The notes below the pieces were generated by a model. That model searched no databases, was not told where the DNA came from, and saw only the letters and a program-made list of their open reading frames with translations. A program made the translations under genes and the position numbers. A DNA stretch of 39,786 nt from the sequence record SRR20825010_29, one strand, 5' to 3'. Shown here in pieces: positions 19,098-28,740 of this stretch. The number at the start of each line of letters is the position of its first letter. The first letter of the stretch is position 1.

Positions 19098-19513
19098 AAT
19101 TCCTTTCCATTTAAAACAACGCTGTAGGTTATTTTCACAGAAGCTTCCAATGTTATTGAAACCGAACAGTACTTTTCAAAACTTAAAGCTGCCGCCCGAA
19201 TGGCTTTTGCTTCATCTATTTTTCCTTCCAAATGAAGTGTTACGTGAATCGCTTCAAAAGGTTTTGCGTCTCGAACTTCTTTTCTAGCACCTTCCACTTC
19301 CATTTTGTAAGAAGTAATTTCTTGGCGTTGTTTCTGTAAAATCAAAATTACATCTATCGCACTACAACCGCCAACACCCATTAGTAAAAGTTCCATCGGG
19401 CTTGCGCCTTTTGAAGCCTCGTCGGTTTTATTATCTATAAAAACTGGAACTCCAGAAGTGCCTTTCGCTTCAAATAAATACTTGTCGTTAATTCTGTTTA
19501 GTGTAACTTTCAT
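19094..19513 (-). CDS. OsmC/YhfA family protein
   Basis: GASPMELLLMGVGGCSAID and EKYCSV cysteine motifs. Confidence 0.88.
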   Translation of the reverse strand: MKVTLNRINDKYLFEAKGTSGVPVFIDNKTDEASKGASPMELLLMGVGGCSAIDVILILQKQRQEITSYKMEVEGARKEVRDAKPFEAIHVTLHLEGKIDEAKAIRAAALSFEKYCSVSITLEASVKITYSVVLNGKEL

Positions 19514-19524
19514 TGTGTATTGTT

Positions 19525-21657
19525 TTAGTTTTCTTTATCGCTAATTCTCAAAATATCACCAAAAACACCACGAGCCGTTACTGCTGCACCCGCTCCTGCA
19601 CCTTGAATAACTATTGGATTATCACCGTAACTTTCGGTATAAATTTCAAAAATGGAATCGCTACCTCGAAGTGCTCCCAACATACTATTTTTTTGAACCG
19701 ATGCTAAATTAACCGTCAAAATTGCCCCTGTTTCCTTTGAAAGATCGCCGTGCAAATCTGCTACGTATCGAAAAACAGAATCTTTAGGTTGATTTTTCTT
19801 TTTAATTTGAAATGGAACATCTAGTTCTTTCAAGCGCTCCAAAAACTCGGTTTTTGAAACATTTCTTAAATCTTTTGGAATTAAATTTTGAATGGAAATA
19901 TCTGAAAATTCATTGTGTAAATCCAATTCACGAGCCAAGATAAGTAATTTCCGTCCAACATCATTTCCACAAAGATCCTCGCGCGGGTCGGGCTCAGTAA
20001 AACCTTTATCTATTGCAGAATTTAGCACAGAGCTGAATGACCTATCTTCTTCCGAAAAAGTATTGAAAATATAACTCAGCGAGCCCGAAAACACACCGCG
20101 AATTCGCGTAATATTTTCCCCAGAAAGATGTAAAAGTTTAATGGTATCTATAAGTGGAAGTCCCGCACCTACATTAGTTTCATACAAATAGTGTCGTTTT
20201 TTTGACACAAGTTTTTCTCGAAGATTTTGATAAAAACCTAAATCTAATGTATTTGCAATTTTGTTTGACGACACCAAATGAAAACCATTTTCTACAAATG
20301 TGGTATAATTCTGCACAAAGTCAGAATCGGCTGTGTTATCTACCAAAATTAGATTTTGAAGATTATTGGTTTTCGCAAAAGCAATAACATCCTGCGGATT
20401 GTATTTTTCGCCTGTTTTAGATTTTTCTTCTAACCAGTTCTCACCCAATCCATTTTGCTGAAGTAATACCGTTTTAGAATTAGCAATTGCAAAAATATTT
20501 AGCACCAAATCTCTTCTACGAGAAATTTCTTCTTTAGATGAAATTATCTGATTAACTAAATGACTTCCTACGTTTCCGTGGCCGAAAATTGCAATGTTTA
20601 TTTTCTTCTTTTTTATGTTGTTTAGGTCAATTCGGTTCAAAACCGGATTATCCAATACTTGCGTGCTCATATTTTCTTTCTTTGTAGTTTTTTCTGAATT
20701 AAAAATCGGGTCCAGAATTCCCGCCAATTGTTCGTATTCTATTAAAAATGCATCGTGTCCATGAATGGAGTTTATTTCAGCAAAATGCACATTGTTTTTT
20801 ATCGGCTTTAGAGCAAAATAGGTCTCTTTTATTTCTTCATTTAAATAAAATCCATCGCTATCTATTCCTACCAAATGAATGTTTCCTTCAATTTTTGAAG
20901 CCAAATTATTAAAATTAGCTTCCTTCGTTTCAATGTTTGCAGTAGTTAACAAGTGATTCATTAATTTATATGCTTGCAATTGAAAACGTTTTTCCAAAGT
21001 TGCACCGTGATAAAGCAACCAACCTTCAACATTAAACAACGCCTCGTTCTCACTACTACTTCTATTGAATTTCTGCTTAAAAGACTGCGGGGTTCTATAA
21101 AAAGTCATTGCATGTACACGGGCATCGTGAAGAGGTTTTTCAGAATTGTTTAAAATTTGTTTTTGCACTCTGCATTGTGCAATTAACCAATCTGTAGCCT
21201 TCCAATCAGTGGCAATAGGAATTAAATTTTGAAATAAATTAGGTTTCAAAACTGCCATTTGCCAAAGAATACTTCCACCCAAAGAACCTCCAATTGCTGC
21301 AAAAACGGACGATATTTCAAGTTGCTCTAATCCATTTAAAAACCACTGGGCAATATCGTAAACCGTGACATCTTCATAATTATCAAGTAAAAAATCATCA
21401 AAACCGTTGCCAGGAATATTGAAGGAAAGTATGGTATATTGATTAATGTCGATACACTTTTTAGCACCAATCAAATCTTTCCACCAGCCTTTTTCCCCAC
21501 AAACATTGCTGTTCCCAGTTAGTGCATGAGTTACCAAAACCACAGGAGCAGTACCCAATTTCTTCCCAAAAACTTGATACGTTAATGGCAACTTTTTAAA
21601 AAGAAATCCGCTTTGGGTTTTATAATTAACAATAGTAAGCTTTGAAATGTGCGACAT
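19525..21657 (-). CDS. Fusion: homoserine O-acyltransferase (MetX-like alpha/beta hydrolase) + homoserine dehydrogenase
   Basis: N-half HALTG, GGSLGG, HGHDAFL; C-half GHGNVG, YETNVGAGLP, TEPDPREDL, GAGAAVTA; no aspartokinase domain. Confidence 0.88.
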   Translation of the reverse strand: MSHISKLTIVNYKTQSGFLFKKLPLTYQVFGKKLGTAPVVLVTHALTGNSNVCGEKGWWKDLIGAKKCIDINQYTILSFNIPGNGFDDFLLDNYEDVTVYDIAQWFLNGLEQLEISSVFAAIGGSLGGSILWQMAVLKPNLFQNLIPIATDWKATDWLIAQCRVQKQILNNSEKPLHDARVHAMTFYRTPQSFKQKFNRSSSENEALFNVEGWLLYHGATLEKRFQLQAYKLMNHLLTTANIETKEANFNNLASKIEGNIHLVGIDSDGFYLNEEIKETYFALKPIKNNVHFAEINSIHGHDAFLIEYEQLAGILDPIFNSEKTTKKENMSTQVLDNPVLNRIDLNNIKKKKINIAIFGHGNVGSHLVNQIISSKEEISRRRDLVLNIFAIANSKTVLLQQNGLGENWLEEKSKTGEKYNPQDVIAFAKTNNLQNLILVDNTADSDFVQNYTTFVENGFHLVSSNKIANTLDLGFYQNLREKLVSKKRHYLYETNVGAGLPLIDTIKLLHLSGENITRIRGVFSGSLSYIFNTFSEEDRSFSSVLNSAIDKGFTEPDPREDLCGNDVGRKLLILARELDLHNEFSDISIQNLIPKDLRNVSKTEFLERLKELDVPFQIKKKNQPKDSVFRYVADLHGDLSKETGAILTVNLASVQKNSMLGALRGSDSIFEIYTESYGDNPIVIQGAGAGAAVTARGVFGDILRISDKEN

Positions 21658-21698
21658 TCGTTATGAGGTTTTTTTACTTGATAATTAAATTAGTGGCA

Positions 21699-22994
21699 TT
21701 AAACCAATTGTTTTTTAAAAACAGTTTCGAAAGCTTGTTCCAAATCTGCAGTTAAATCCTCAAGGTTTTCCAAGCCAACAGAAAGTCGGATTAAATCTTG
21801 ACTTACACCCGAAGCAACTTGATCTGCCTCACTCAATTGTTGATGCGTAGTACTTGCAGGGTGAATTATTAGTGATTTTGTATCGCCTATATTTGCTAAA
21901 AGTGAAAATAGTTTTACGTTATCAACTACTTTTTTTGCTGTATCAAAACCTCCTTTTACGCCAAAAGTAACCAGACCACTTTGCCCTTCAGGAAGATATT
22001 TTTTTGCAAGTGTGTAATATGGACTATCTGCTAATCCAGGATAATTAACCCAAGATACTTCTTCACGGTTTTGAAGCCATTTTGCAAAACTTAGTGCATT
22101 TTCACTGTGCTTTTTAATTCGGATATCTAACGTTTCAAGACCTTGAATAATTTGAAAAGCACTAAACGGACTTAACGCAGCGCCGAAATCACGAAGCCCT
22201 TCTAGACGAACTTTAGCAATAAAAGCTGCTTCTTTTAAAGCTTCCGCATAAACCAATCCATGATATCCCGCTGAAGGCCCTGTAAACTCTGGAAATTTTC
22301 CATTAGTCCAATCAAAATTTCCAGCGTCAATAATTACACCCCCAAGCGTTGTTCCATTTCCATTTATGTATTTGGTAAGCGAATGGATTACAATATTTGC
22401 CCCATATGCTATTGGATTCAACAAAGCAGGGGAAGCAACAGTATTATCTACAATAAGTGGAATTTTATTTTCTTTAGCTTCAGCGGCAATTGCTTCAATA
22501 TCCAAAACATCTAACTTTGGGTTTCCTAGTGACTCTATGAAAACAGCGCGTGTGTTTTCTTTCAAGGCTTTTCCAAAATTTTCCGGTTCTGATGGGTCTA
22601 CAAACGTGGTTGTAATGCCTAATCTTGGTAATGTTACGTTTAGCAAATTAAAAGTGCCTCCATACAAACTACTTGACGCTACAATATGATCGCCTGCACG
22701 AAGTAACGTTAGTAATGCTGTGGAAATAGCAGATGCTCCAGATGCTGTAGTAACTGCAGCAATTCCGCCTTCAACAGCTGCCAGCCGTTGTTCCAAAATA
22801 TCGCAAGTTGGATTGTTAAGTCGGGAATAAATAAACCCAGATTCAGATAAGTTGAACAGATTTGCAGCATGGTCGCTGTTTTTAAAAACGTAACTTGAAG
22901 TTTGGTAAATTGGCACCGCTCTGGTTCCTCCATTAGCGGTTACATCGTGTCCTGCATGCAACAAGTTTGTTGCGAATTTGTTTTGTGAACTCAT
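21699..22994 (-). CDS. metY: O-acetylhomoserine aminocarboxypropyltransferase (sulfhydrylase)
   Basis: Start re-set to MSSQNKF (ATG 22994); VPIYQTSSY, YSRLNNPT, HSLTKY, ANIGDTKSLIIHPASTTH. Confidence 0.92.
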   Translation of the reverse strand: MSSQNKFATNLLHAGHDVTANGGTRAVPIYQTSSYVFKNSDHAANLFNLSESGFIYSRLNNPTCDILEQRLAAVEGGIAAVTTASGASAISTALLTLLRAGDHIVASSSLYGGTFNLLNVTLPRLGITTTFVDPSEPENFGKALKENTRAVFIESLGNPKLDVLDIEAIAAEAKENKIPLIVDNTVASPALLNPIAYGANIVIHSLTKYINGNGTTLGGVIIDAGNFDWTNGKFPEFTGPSAGYHGLVYAEALKEAAFIAKVRLEGLRDFGAALSPFSAFQIIQGLETLDIRIKKHSENALSFAKWLQNREEVSWVNYPGLADSPYYTLAKKYLPEGQSGLVTFGVKGGFDTAKKVVDNVKLFSLLANIGDTKSLIIHPASTTHQQLSEADQVASGVSQDLIRLSVGLENLEDLTADLEQAFETVFKKQLV

Positions 22995-23121
22995 TTTTCT
23001 AATTTTTTTTGAGTTAATTAAAAGATTAAACCAAAAGTCAATTCCGAAATTAATTCGGAACAATAGAAAAATGTTAAAAAGAAAAAATGAAAAGCAATCT
23101 CAGATGAGAAATTGTCTTGTC

Positions 23122-23236
23122 GTTATCTATCGCCAATTTTGAAATTTCAAAATTGTTGTAGAATGTAGCACCTTCATTCCGAAGAAAGGGTTGCTAAGGC
23201 GTCATAGGGTCTAATCCCTCGGCCTTTCTTGATAAC
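23122..23236 (-). ncRNA. SAM-I (S-box) riboswitch
   Basis: Minus strand GUUAUCAAGAAAGGCCGAGGGAUUAGACCCUAUGACGCCUUAGCAACC...GGUGCUACAUUC...AGAUAAC; P1 GUUAUC/GAUAAC; leads the met operon. Confidence 0.93.
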
Positions 23237-23266
23237 ATTTCAATAAAGTTTTGAACTTTGTGAGCG

Positions 23267-23299
23267 CAAATATAGCGTCAGAAATTTTTAATAACCAAA
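23267..23299 (-). promoter_or_regulatory. Bacteroidota -33/-7 promoter of the met operon
   Basis: Minus TTTG (23299-23296), 21 nt spacer, TATATTTG (23274-23267). Confidence 0.7.
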
Positions 23300-23326
23300 T
23301 ATTTTCCCAAAAATCTTTAAATAAAA

Positions 23327-23355
23327 TTGCGGTTCATATAATTTTTTTACTTTTG
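23327..23355 (+). promoter_or_regulatory. Bacteroidota -33/-7 promoter of metK
   Basis: TTG (23327-23329), 18 nt spacer, TACTTTTG (23348-23355). Confidence 0.65.
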
Positions 23356-23370
23356 CCAAAGACAATTAAA

Positions 23371-23424
23371 GAGGAAAGATTTGACTGATTGCAACCTCCA
23401 TAAAAAATGCTAAAGGCAGTTAAA
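23371..23424 (+). ncRNA. SAM-II class riboswitch upstream of metK
   Basis: GAGG-AAA-GAUUUGACUG-AUUGCAA-CCUC...AU-GCUAAA-GG-CAGUUAAA; P1 GAGG/CCUC, pseudoknot UUGACUG/CAGUUAA, conserved GAUUU, UGCAA and GCUAAA elements. Confidence 0.75.
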
Positions 23425-23480
23425 ACCTCCCTTAGGCGCTATCGTCAAATCTTCGGATATTTATATTTTAAAACCATTTT

Positions 23481-24734
23481 ATGGCCTATTTATTTACTTC
23501 AGAAAGTGTTTCTGAAGGACACCCAGATAAAGTTGCGGATCAAATTAGTGACGCACTTTTAGATAATTTTTTAGCTTTTGACCCCGAAAGTAAAGTTGCA
23601 TGTGAAACATTAGTGACCACAGGACAGGTTGTTTTGGCAGGAGAAGTAAAAAGCAACACCTACCTTGATGTGCAAACCATTGCTCGAGATGTAATCAATA
23701 AAATTGGGTATACAAAAGGCGCTTACAAATTTAGCGGTGATTCGTGTGGCGTTATTTCTTTAATTCATGAACAATCACAGGATATAAACCAAGGTGTAGA
23801 TCGCGAAAACAAAGAAGAGCAAGGTGCTGGAGACCAAGGAATGATGTTTGGCTACGCTACAAACGAAACTGAAAACTACATGCCATTGGCATTAGATATT
23901 TCACATAAAATTTTAATTGAATTGGCTGCACTTCGCAGAGAAGAATCTGAGATAACGTATCTACGTCCAGACTCAAAAAGCCAAGTTACAATTGAGTATA
24001 GTGACGATAATATTCCACAAAAAATTGTGGCTATTGTAGTCTCTACACAACATGATGAGTTTGATGCTGATGAACCAATGCTGAAAAAAATCAAAAAAGA
24101 TATTGTTGAAATTTTGATTCCAAGAGTAATAAAACAACTTCCAGAATATGTTCAGAAGTTATTCAATGACGATATTGTTTATCACATAAATCCAACTGGA
24201 AAATTTGTAATCGGTGGTCCTCACGGAGATACTGGTCTTACAGGAAGAAAAATAATCGTTGACACCTATGGCGGAAAAGGTGCGCATGGCGGTGGTGCTT
24301 TTAGCGGAAAAGACCCTAGTAAAGTAGATAGAAGTGCAGCTTATGCTTCCAGACATATCGCCAAAAACTTAGTTGCAGCAGGTGTTGCAGACGAAGTTTT
24401 AGTGCAAGTGTCGTATGCAATTGGGGTGGTGGAACCAACTTCAATTTTAGTTAACACCTACAATTCATCAAATGTGAAACTTTCTGATGGTGATATTGCT
24501 AAAAAAGTAGCAACAATCTTTAATATGCGACCAGCTGCTATAGAAAGTAGATTAAAGTTGCGCAACCCTATTTATTCTGAAACTGCTGCATACGGGCATA
24601 TGGGACGTAAACCAGAAATGGTTTCAAAAGTTTTTGAAAGCCCTTATAACGGTAGAATAGAAAAACAAGTAGAGCTTTTTACATGGGAAAAACTGGACTA
24701 TGTTGACCAGGTAAAAGTAGCTTTTGGTATCTAA
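23481..24734 (+). CDS. metK: S-adenosylmethionine synthetase
   Basis: [28 protein letters not shown]. Confidence 0.98.
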   Translation: MAYLFTSESVSEGHPDKVADQISDALLDNFLAFDPESKVACETLVTTGQVVLAGEVKSNTYLDVQTIARDVINKIGYTKGAYKFSGDSCGVISLIHEQSQDINQGVDRENKEEQGAGDQGMMFGYATNETENYMPLALDISHKILIELAALRREESEITYLRPDSKSQVTIEYSDDNIPQKIVAIVVSTQHDEFDADEPMLKKIKKDIVEILIPRVIKQLPEYVQKLFNDDIVYHINPTGKFVIGGPHGDTGLTGRKIIVDTYGGKGAHGGGAFSGKDPSKVDRSAAYASRHIAKNLVAAGVADEVLVQVSYAIGVVEPTSILVNTYNSSNVKLSDGDIAKKVATIFNMRPAAIESRLKLRNPIYSETAAYGHMGRKPEMVSKVFESPYNGRIEKQVELFTWEKLDYVDQVKVAFGI

Positions 24735-24747
24735 TATTTTTTATAAT

Positions 24748-24792
24748 CACGATTGCACAAATATTTCATTCCTACTTATTTGTGCAATTGTG
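24748..24792. terminator. Long hairpin between convergent metK and the response regulator
   Basis: CACGATTGCACAAATA / TATTTGTGCAATTGTG, 16-bp stem (one G-U), 13-nt loop. Confidence 0.6.
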
Positions 24793-24829
24793 TATTAACT
24801 AAATATAAACTAAAACACCTAGAAACATT

Positions 24830-25480
24830 TTAAATTATATTGTGATTTCTTGCTTTTTGAACTGCTTCAATTTTACTATGAACTTGCAGTTTTTTATAAA
24901 TATTTTCAATGTGTTTTCGAACCGTGCTTGGCGAAAGAAAAAGGTGATTTGCAATTACAGTATAACTTAAACCTTTGCTTAAATGCTCTAAAACCTCAAC
25001 TTCACGAGTAGAAAGCGATATTTCTTCTTTATCTTTAAGATTTTCAATATCGATTGGATTTCGCAATAATTTCAACGTTTTCATTGCTATGGAAGGATTC
25101 ATTGCAGCACCACCATTTATTGTTTCTTGAATGCCTTCGTACAAATCTTTAGGGTTAATTTCTTTTAGCAAATAACCATCTGCTCCTGCTTTTATAGCGT
25201 TAAATATATGCTCATCATTATCAAAAGCAGTAAGCATTATTATTTTAATATGTGGATATTTTTGTTTTACAATTTGGGTAGTTTCAATACCATTTAGCAC
25301 AGGCATTTCTATGTCCATCAAAATTAAATCGAGGTTGTGATTTTCTTGAAGTTTTGTAAGAAGTTCACTGCCATTTATTGCTGAGTGTTTTATGATAATA
25401 TCATCAAAAAAAGAAAGTTTTTCTTTTATAGCATGGATTAGAAAAGTGTTGTCGTCAACAATGGCAATTTTTATCTCCAT
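24830..25480 (-). CDS. NarL/LuxR-family DNA-binding response regulator
   Basis: REC domain (VDD, LMDIEMP, GYLLK) + LSTREVEVL...TVRKHIENIYKKLQV HTH. Confidence 0.95.
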   Translation of the reverse strand: MEIKIAIVDDNTFLIHAIKEKLSFFDDIIIKHSAINGSELLTKLQENHNLDLILMDIEMPVLNGIETTQIVKQKYPHIKIIMLTAFDNDEHIFNAIKAGADGYLLKEINPKDLYEGIQETINGGAAMNPSIAMKTLKLLRNPIDIENLKDKEEISLSTREVEVLEHLSKGLSYTVIANHLFLSPSTVRKHIENIYKKLQVHSKIEAVQKARNHNII

Positions 25481-25537
25481 ATGGTTTGTAGGTTATTTAA
25501 AGATACTAAACTATTTAGTTTCTAGAATTAATAAAGA

Positions 25538-25801
25538 CTATCTACTGCAAAACATTTCAGATTTGTCTAAAATTACTTCCTTTTGCACTTTCAAAGATTC
25601 GCTTAAATTATATTTAAGAAAATTGTAATTATTAAGGTTTGAATCTCGAAATTTTATTTGATTTTGATTAACAGAAATAGCATTTTCTATACTAGAAAGA
25701 TACTGTAAATGAATCTCGATTAACTGCTTATTTTTAAAGTGATTCCACAAAAACAATCCAATTACTGTAAGCAGAAATAATATTATGGTTTGAATACACA
25801 T
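25538..25801 (-). CDS. Small hypothetical membrane-anchored protein (87 aa)
   Basis: Start re-set to MCIQTIILFLLTVIGLFLW (ATG 25801), N-terminal hydrophobic helix; lies just downstream of a palindrome + -7 element. Confidence 0.55.
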   Translation of the reverse strand: MCIQTIILFLLTVIGLFLWNHFKNKQLIEIHLQYLSSIENAISVNQNQIKFRDSNLNNYNFLKYNLSESLKVQKEVILDKSEMFCSR

Positions 25802-25853
25802 GGTATAATGTTGATTTTCAGTCTTAAAAATACGCTCCTTTATACTAAAAACC

Positions 25854-25873
25854 AATAAGGCAGTTGCCTTATT
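25854..25873. promoter_or_regulatory. 7-2-7 palindromic operator, copy 1
   Basis: AATAAGGCA-GT-TGCCTTATT perfect inverted repeat; 21 bp from minus-strand TATTTTTA (25825-25832). Confidence 0.7.
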
Positions 25874-27830
25874 TAAAAGACAACAATATCGTGGTTCCTT
25901 TTGCTTCTTCTGAAGTAATTTTCACATTTCCTCCTAAATCTTTCGCACGCTTTTGAATGTTTACAAGTCCATTTCCGGTTTTTGAATTTTTTATATCAAA
26001 ACCTTTTCCATTATCAAAAATTGAAACTTCAACGAAAGCTGCTTCACTTTTATTAATTGCTACTTTTATCAAGGTAGCTTCCGCATATTTTAATGAATTG
26101 TTCACTGCTTCCTGAATAATTCGATACATATTCATTCCTTGCATAGACGTAAAATTTGTTTCTTTTACGATATTTTTAGCTACCTCAAAATGAAATTCAA
26201 CATCGCTGGAAACTTTTGCTTTTTCTATAAAATTTGATATCCGAGCTTGAAGATCTTCAACAGAAATATCATTTTTATTCATAGCCCAAATTGTGTCTCT
26301 AAGCTCATAAATTGTTTGTGAAGTAAACTCGCTAATTTTTCCTAATTTATCAGTAACTGACGTTGCCGCTCCACTTAAACCAAACTTTAAATTGTCTATA
26401 GAAGAAATAATAAAAGTAAGCTGTGAGCCAATATTATCATGCAAATCTCGGGAAATTCGCAGTCGTTGTTCCTGAAGTTGGTTTTGGGTTTCAATTTTTG
26501 CGAGTGCAGCTTTTAACTCTCCTTCCTTCAGCAATTGATTGTTTTTAAGTTTTTGTTGTTTATAAACTAGAAAACCAAGAATACCCAGAAATATAGCCAC
26601 AGCAATTGTTCCAAAAATTAGACTGTTTTTTTGTTTAACCTCCAATTCTCTTTGAACAAGATTGGCACGCGCTTCTGCCAACTCTTTTTCTTTTTCTGCA
26701 ACTTTAAATTTGGTTTCAAGATTGGCAATTGCAGTTGCATTTTCAGTAGAAAAAATTTCTTCTTTTGCTTGTATCGCTTTTTCTATAAACGCTAAGCCTT
26801 CTTTTGAATTGTTGGTTCGAAAATAAGTTTCAGAAGCATTCTGAAAAAAATCAACAGCCGAATTTTTTATATCTGGAAATTCTTGCAAGAAATTATTTCC
26901 TGATGTTACGTATTTTAATGCCGCTGTCAGGTTTCCAGTGGCGTTATAAGCATCAATCAAATGTGAAATAGCAACTAAATTTGATCGCCTGTCAATATTA
27001 TGTTTGTTTCTACCTTGAAGTAATTCTTCCAACAGCGGTATTGCCTTTAAGGGCTGATTTTGTTCAAGATAAATGGTACTCAAACCACTTAGTGCATCGT
27101 AGTATTTGCCCATTTCATTTTCTGCTTTGGCCATTTTTATGGCTTTCATGAACGTTTCTTCAGATTTGGAATACTTCCCCTGAGCGCCAAGAACTACAGC
27201 AATGTTTGATAATGAAGTGGCGATTTCACTTTTCTGATGGTATTTTTCTCTTACTGCAAGTGCTTTTTCATGATACTCTAAGGATTTATCATATTGCCCC
27301 ATTTCTTGATAAATTAAACCAATATTGTTGAAATAAACACCATTTCCTGAATCCTTAGCGTTATTTTTATTCATTTCAAGCGCTTGGAAAAAATAATTCA
27401 ATGCTTCTTGATAGTTTCCTTTATTCCAATGGAACATACCAAGGTTGTTAATTATCATTACCGTAATAATTCCATAGTCATGCTTTTTGCTAATGCTTAA
27501 TGCCTTTTCAAAATAATATTTAGCAGAGTCTGACTGACCGGAAACATCATAGTAAATCCCGTAGGTATTAATTAATTCTGCTTCAGAAAAAGGAATTTTT
27601 TTCTTTTCCGCTTGATTAATTCCTTTTAACAAAAGTGCTTTTGCTCTTTCGGGTTCATTAAATATGTAATAGAAGCTTACTTTATTATAAATTCTTAGCT
27701 TCACTGAATCGTTTGAAGTTTCAGCATGCTGCATTAAGCTATCCATTTTTTTTGAAACGGATTGTCCTTCTACAGAAAATGAGCAACAAAGTGCAAAAAG
27801 GAAAACAGAAATTTGTATGATTTTAAACAT
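25869..27830 (-). CDS. TPR-repeat sensor histidine kinase (HisKA_3 type)
   Basis: Signal peptide, TPR repeats (NNLGMFHW, NNIGLIYQ), one TM helix, RISRDLHDNIGSQL H-box, QEAVNNSLKYA, DNGKGF, GNGL. Confidence 0.93.
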   Translation of the reverse strand: MFKIIQISVFLFALCCSFSVEGQSVSKKMDSLMQHAETSNDSVKLRIYNKVSFYYIFNEPERAKALLLKGINQAEKKKIPFSEAELINTYGIYYDVSGQSDSAKYYFEKALSISKKHDYGIITVMIINNLGMFHWNKGNYQEALNYFFQALEMNKNNAKDSGNGVYFNNIGLIYQEMGQYDKSLEYHEKALAVREKYHQKSEIATSLSNIAVVLGAQGKYSKSEETFMKAIKMAKAENEMGKYYDALSGLSTIYLEQNQPLKAIPLLEELLQGRNKHNIDRRSNLVAISHLIDAYNATGNLTAALKYVTSGNNFLQEFPDIKNSAVDFFQNASETYFRTNNSKEGLAFIEKAIQAKEEIFSTENATAIANLETKFKVAEKEKELAEARANLVQRELEVKQKNSLIFGTIAVAIFLGILGFLVYKQQKLKNNQLLKEGELKAALAKIETQNQLQEQRLRISRDLHDNIGSQLTFIISSIDNLKFGLSGAATSVTDKLGKISEFTSQTIYELRDTIWAMNKNDISVEDLQARISNFIEKAKVSSDVEFHFEVAKNIVKETNFTSMQGMNMYRIIQEAVNNSLKYAEATLIKVAINKSEAAFVEVSIFDNGKGFDIKNSKTGNGLVNIQKRAKDLGGNVKITSEEAKGTTILLSFK

Positions 27831-27913
27831 TGCTTAATCAATAATTTAGATGTAGTAAGGTATTAAAATGAATTGACATAGTTTCAAAAATTGAATACTT
27901 GACATACTAATTA

Positions 27914-28639
27914 TTATTCAGAAAACTCTTGGTATTTTTTCTTAAGTTCTAAATAATGGTCGTAGCTATTAGAATATTTCTTCATAGTTTCATCAAAAAC
28001 AGGGGAATCTTTCTTTATGGAAACAATCAATAAATCTACAGGCAGGCGTAACAATATAAGAAGCATGGCTGCGACATATCCTGCTGAAAAAAGAATAAAG
28101 AAAAACCCAGAAAAAATTACAACAAACTGCTGAATGAAAATGCGCACGTAGGGTTTAAAGAAGATTTCAGAGGCAGTATAGTCTTGATATTTTTTATTCG
28201 TTAGAAAGTTGTTATAAAAATAGGTGAGATTTGAAAAAAACAGGGAAGCCAAAATAATCCCCATTCCTTTTTCATTTAGCAAAACCCAATAGTTGTTTAT
28301 TAAATTAAACCCACTATCAATTCCGGGAATAGATGATTCAAAAAAGCTAAAAGCAAAAATGGACTGCACGGCAACAAACATTCCATAATGGAATATAAAA
28401 AAGCCAATCATTCCAAAACCTGAAGGTAATTTACCATCTTTCTCAGTAGGTCTTCCTTTGGTTATAACAAGCCAAAGTTTGATAATATGAAAAAATCCGA
28501 TGAGTATCGTTTCAAAAAAATATGCAAACACAACTGTCAAAGGCGCCACATAATTAAAAGCTACTAATACTAGCAGGAAAATACCATTCAGCCAGATATA
28601 AAAGTTTTTTGAATTTGGGAAAAAGACTTTTTTAAGCAT
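27914..28639 (-). CDS. Multi-pass membrane protein (DUF6498-like)
   Basis: VFAYFFETILIG, FFIFHYGMF, FKPYVRIFIQQF; several TM segments. Confidence 0.7.
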   Translation of the reverse strand: MLKKVFFPNSKNFYIWLNGIFLLVLVAFNYVAPLTVVFAYFFETILIGFFHIIKLWLVITKGRPTEKDGKLPSGFGMIGFFIFHYGMFVAVQSIFAFSFFESSIPGIDSGFNLINNYWVLLNEKGMGIILASLFFSNLTYFYNNFLTNKKYQDYTASEIFFKPYVRIFIQQFVVIFSGFFFILFSAGYVAAMLLILLRLPVDLLIVSIKKDSPVFDETMKKYSNSYDHYLELKKKYQEFSE

Positions 28640-28650
28640 GTTTCTAAATT

Positions 28651-28686
28651 AAAAAAATAAACCCCATTTTTTTAGATGGGGTTTTT
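28651..28686. terminator. Intrinsic terminator downstream of the beta-propeller gene
   Basis: AAACCCCAT / ATGGGGTTT stem (28659-28684) flanked by A and T runs. Confidence 0.7.
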
Positions 28687-28740
28687 GAATTGTAATTGCT
28701 CCTCCACCAATTACAATTTAAAAATAATTTGGTTAATTAC

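Noticed and set aside
23042-23060. TTCCGAA-N5-TTCGGAA inverted repeat in the metY leader
   Set aside because: Only 7 bp, single copy, no function assignable
22995-23063. 23-aa N-terminal extension of MetY in the ORF track
   Set aside because: Non-ATG start inside the riboswitch leader; family similarity begins near MSSQNKF, which has an A-rich initiation region
27873-27906. TTGACATA repeated twice upstream of the kinase
   Set aside because: 26-nt spacing, AT-rich context, and sigma70 -35 boxes are not the Bacteroidota consensus; likely chance
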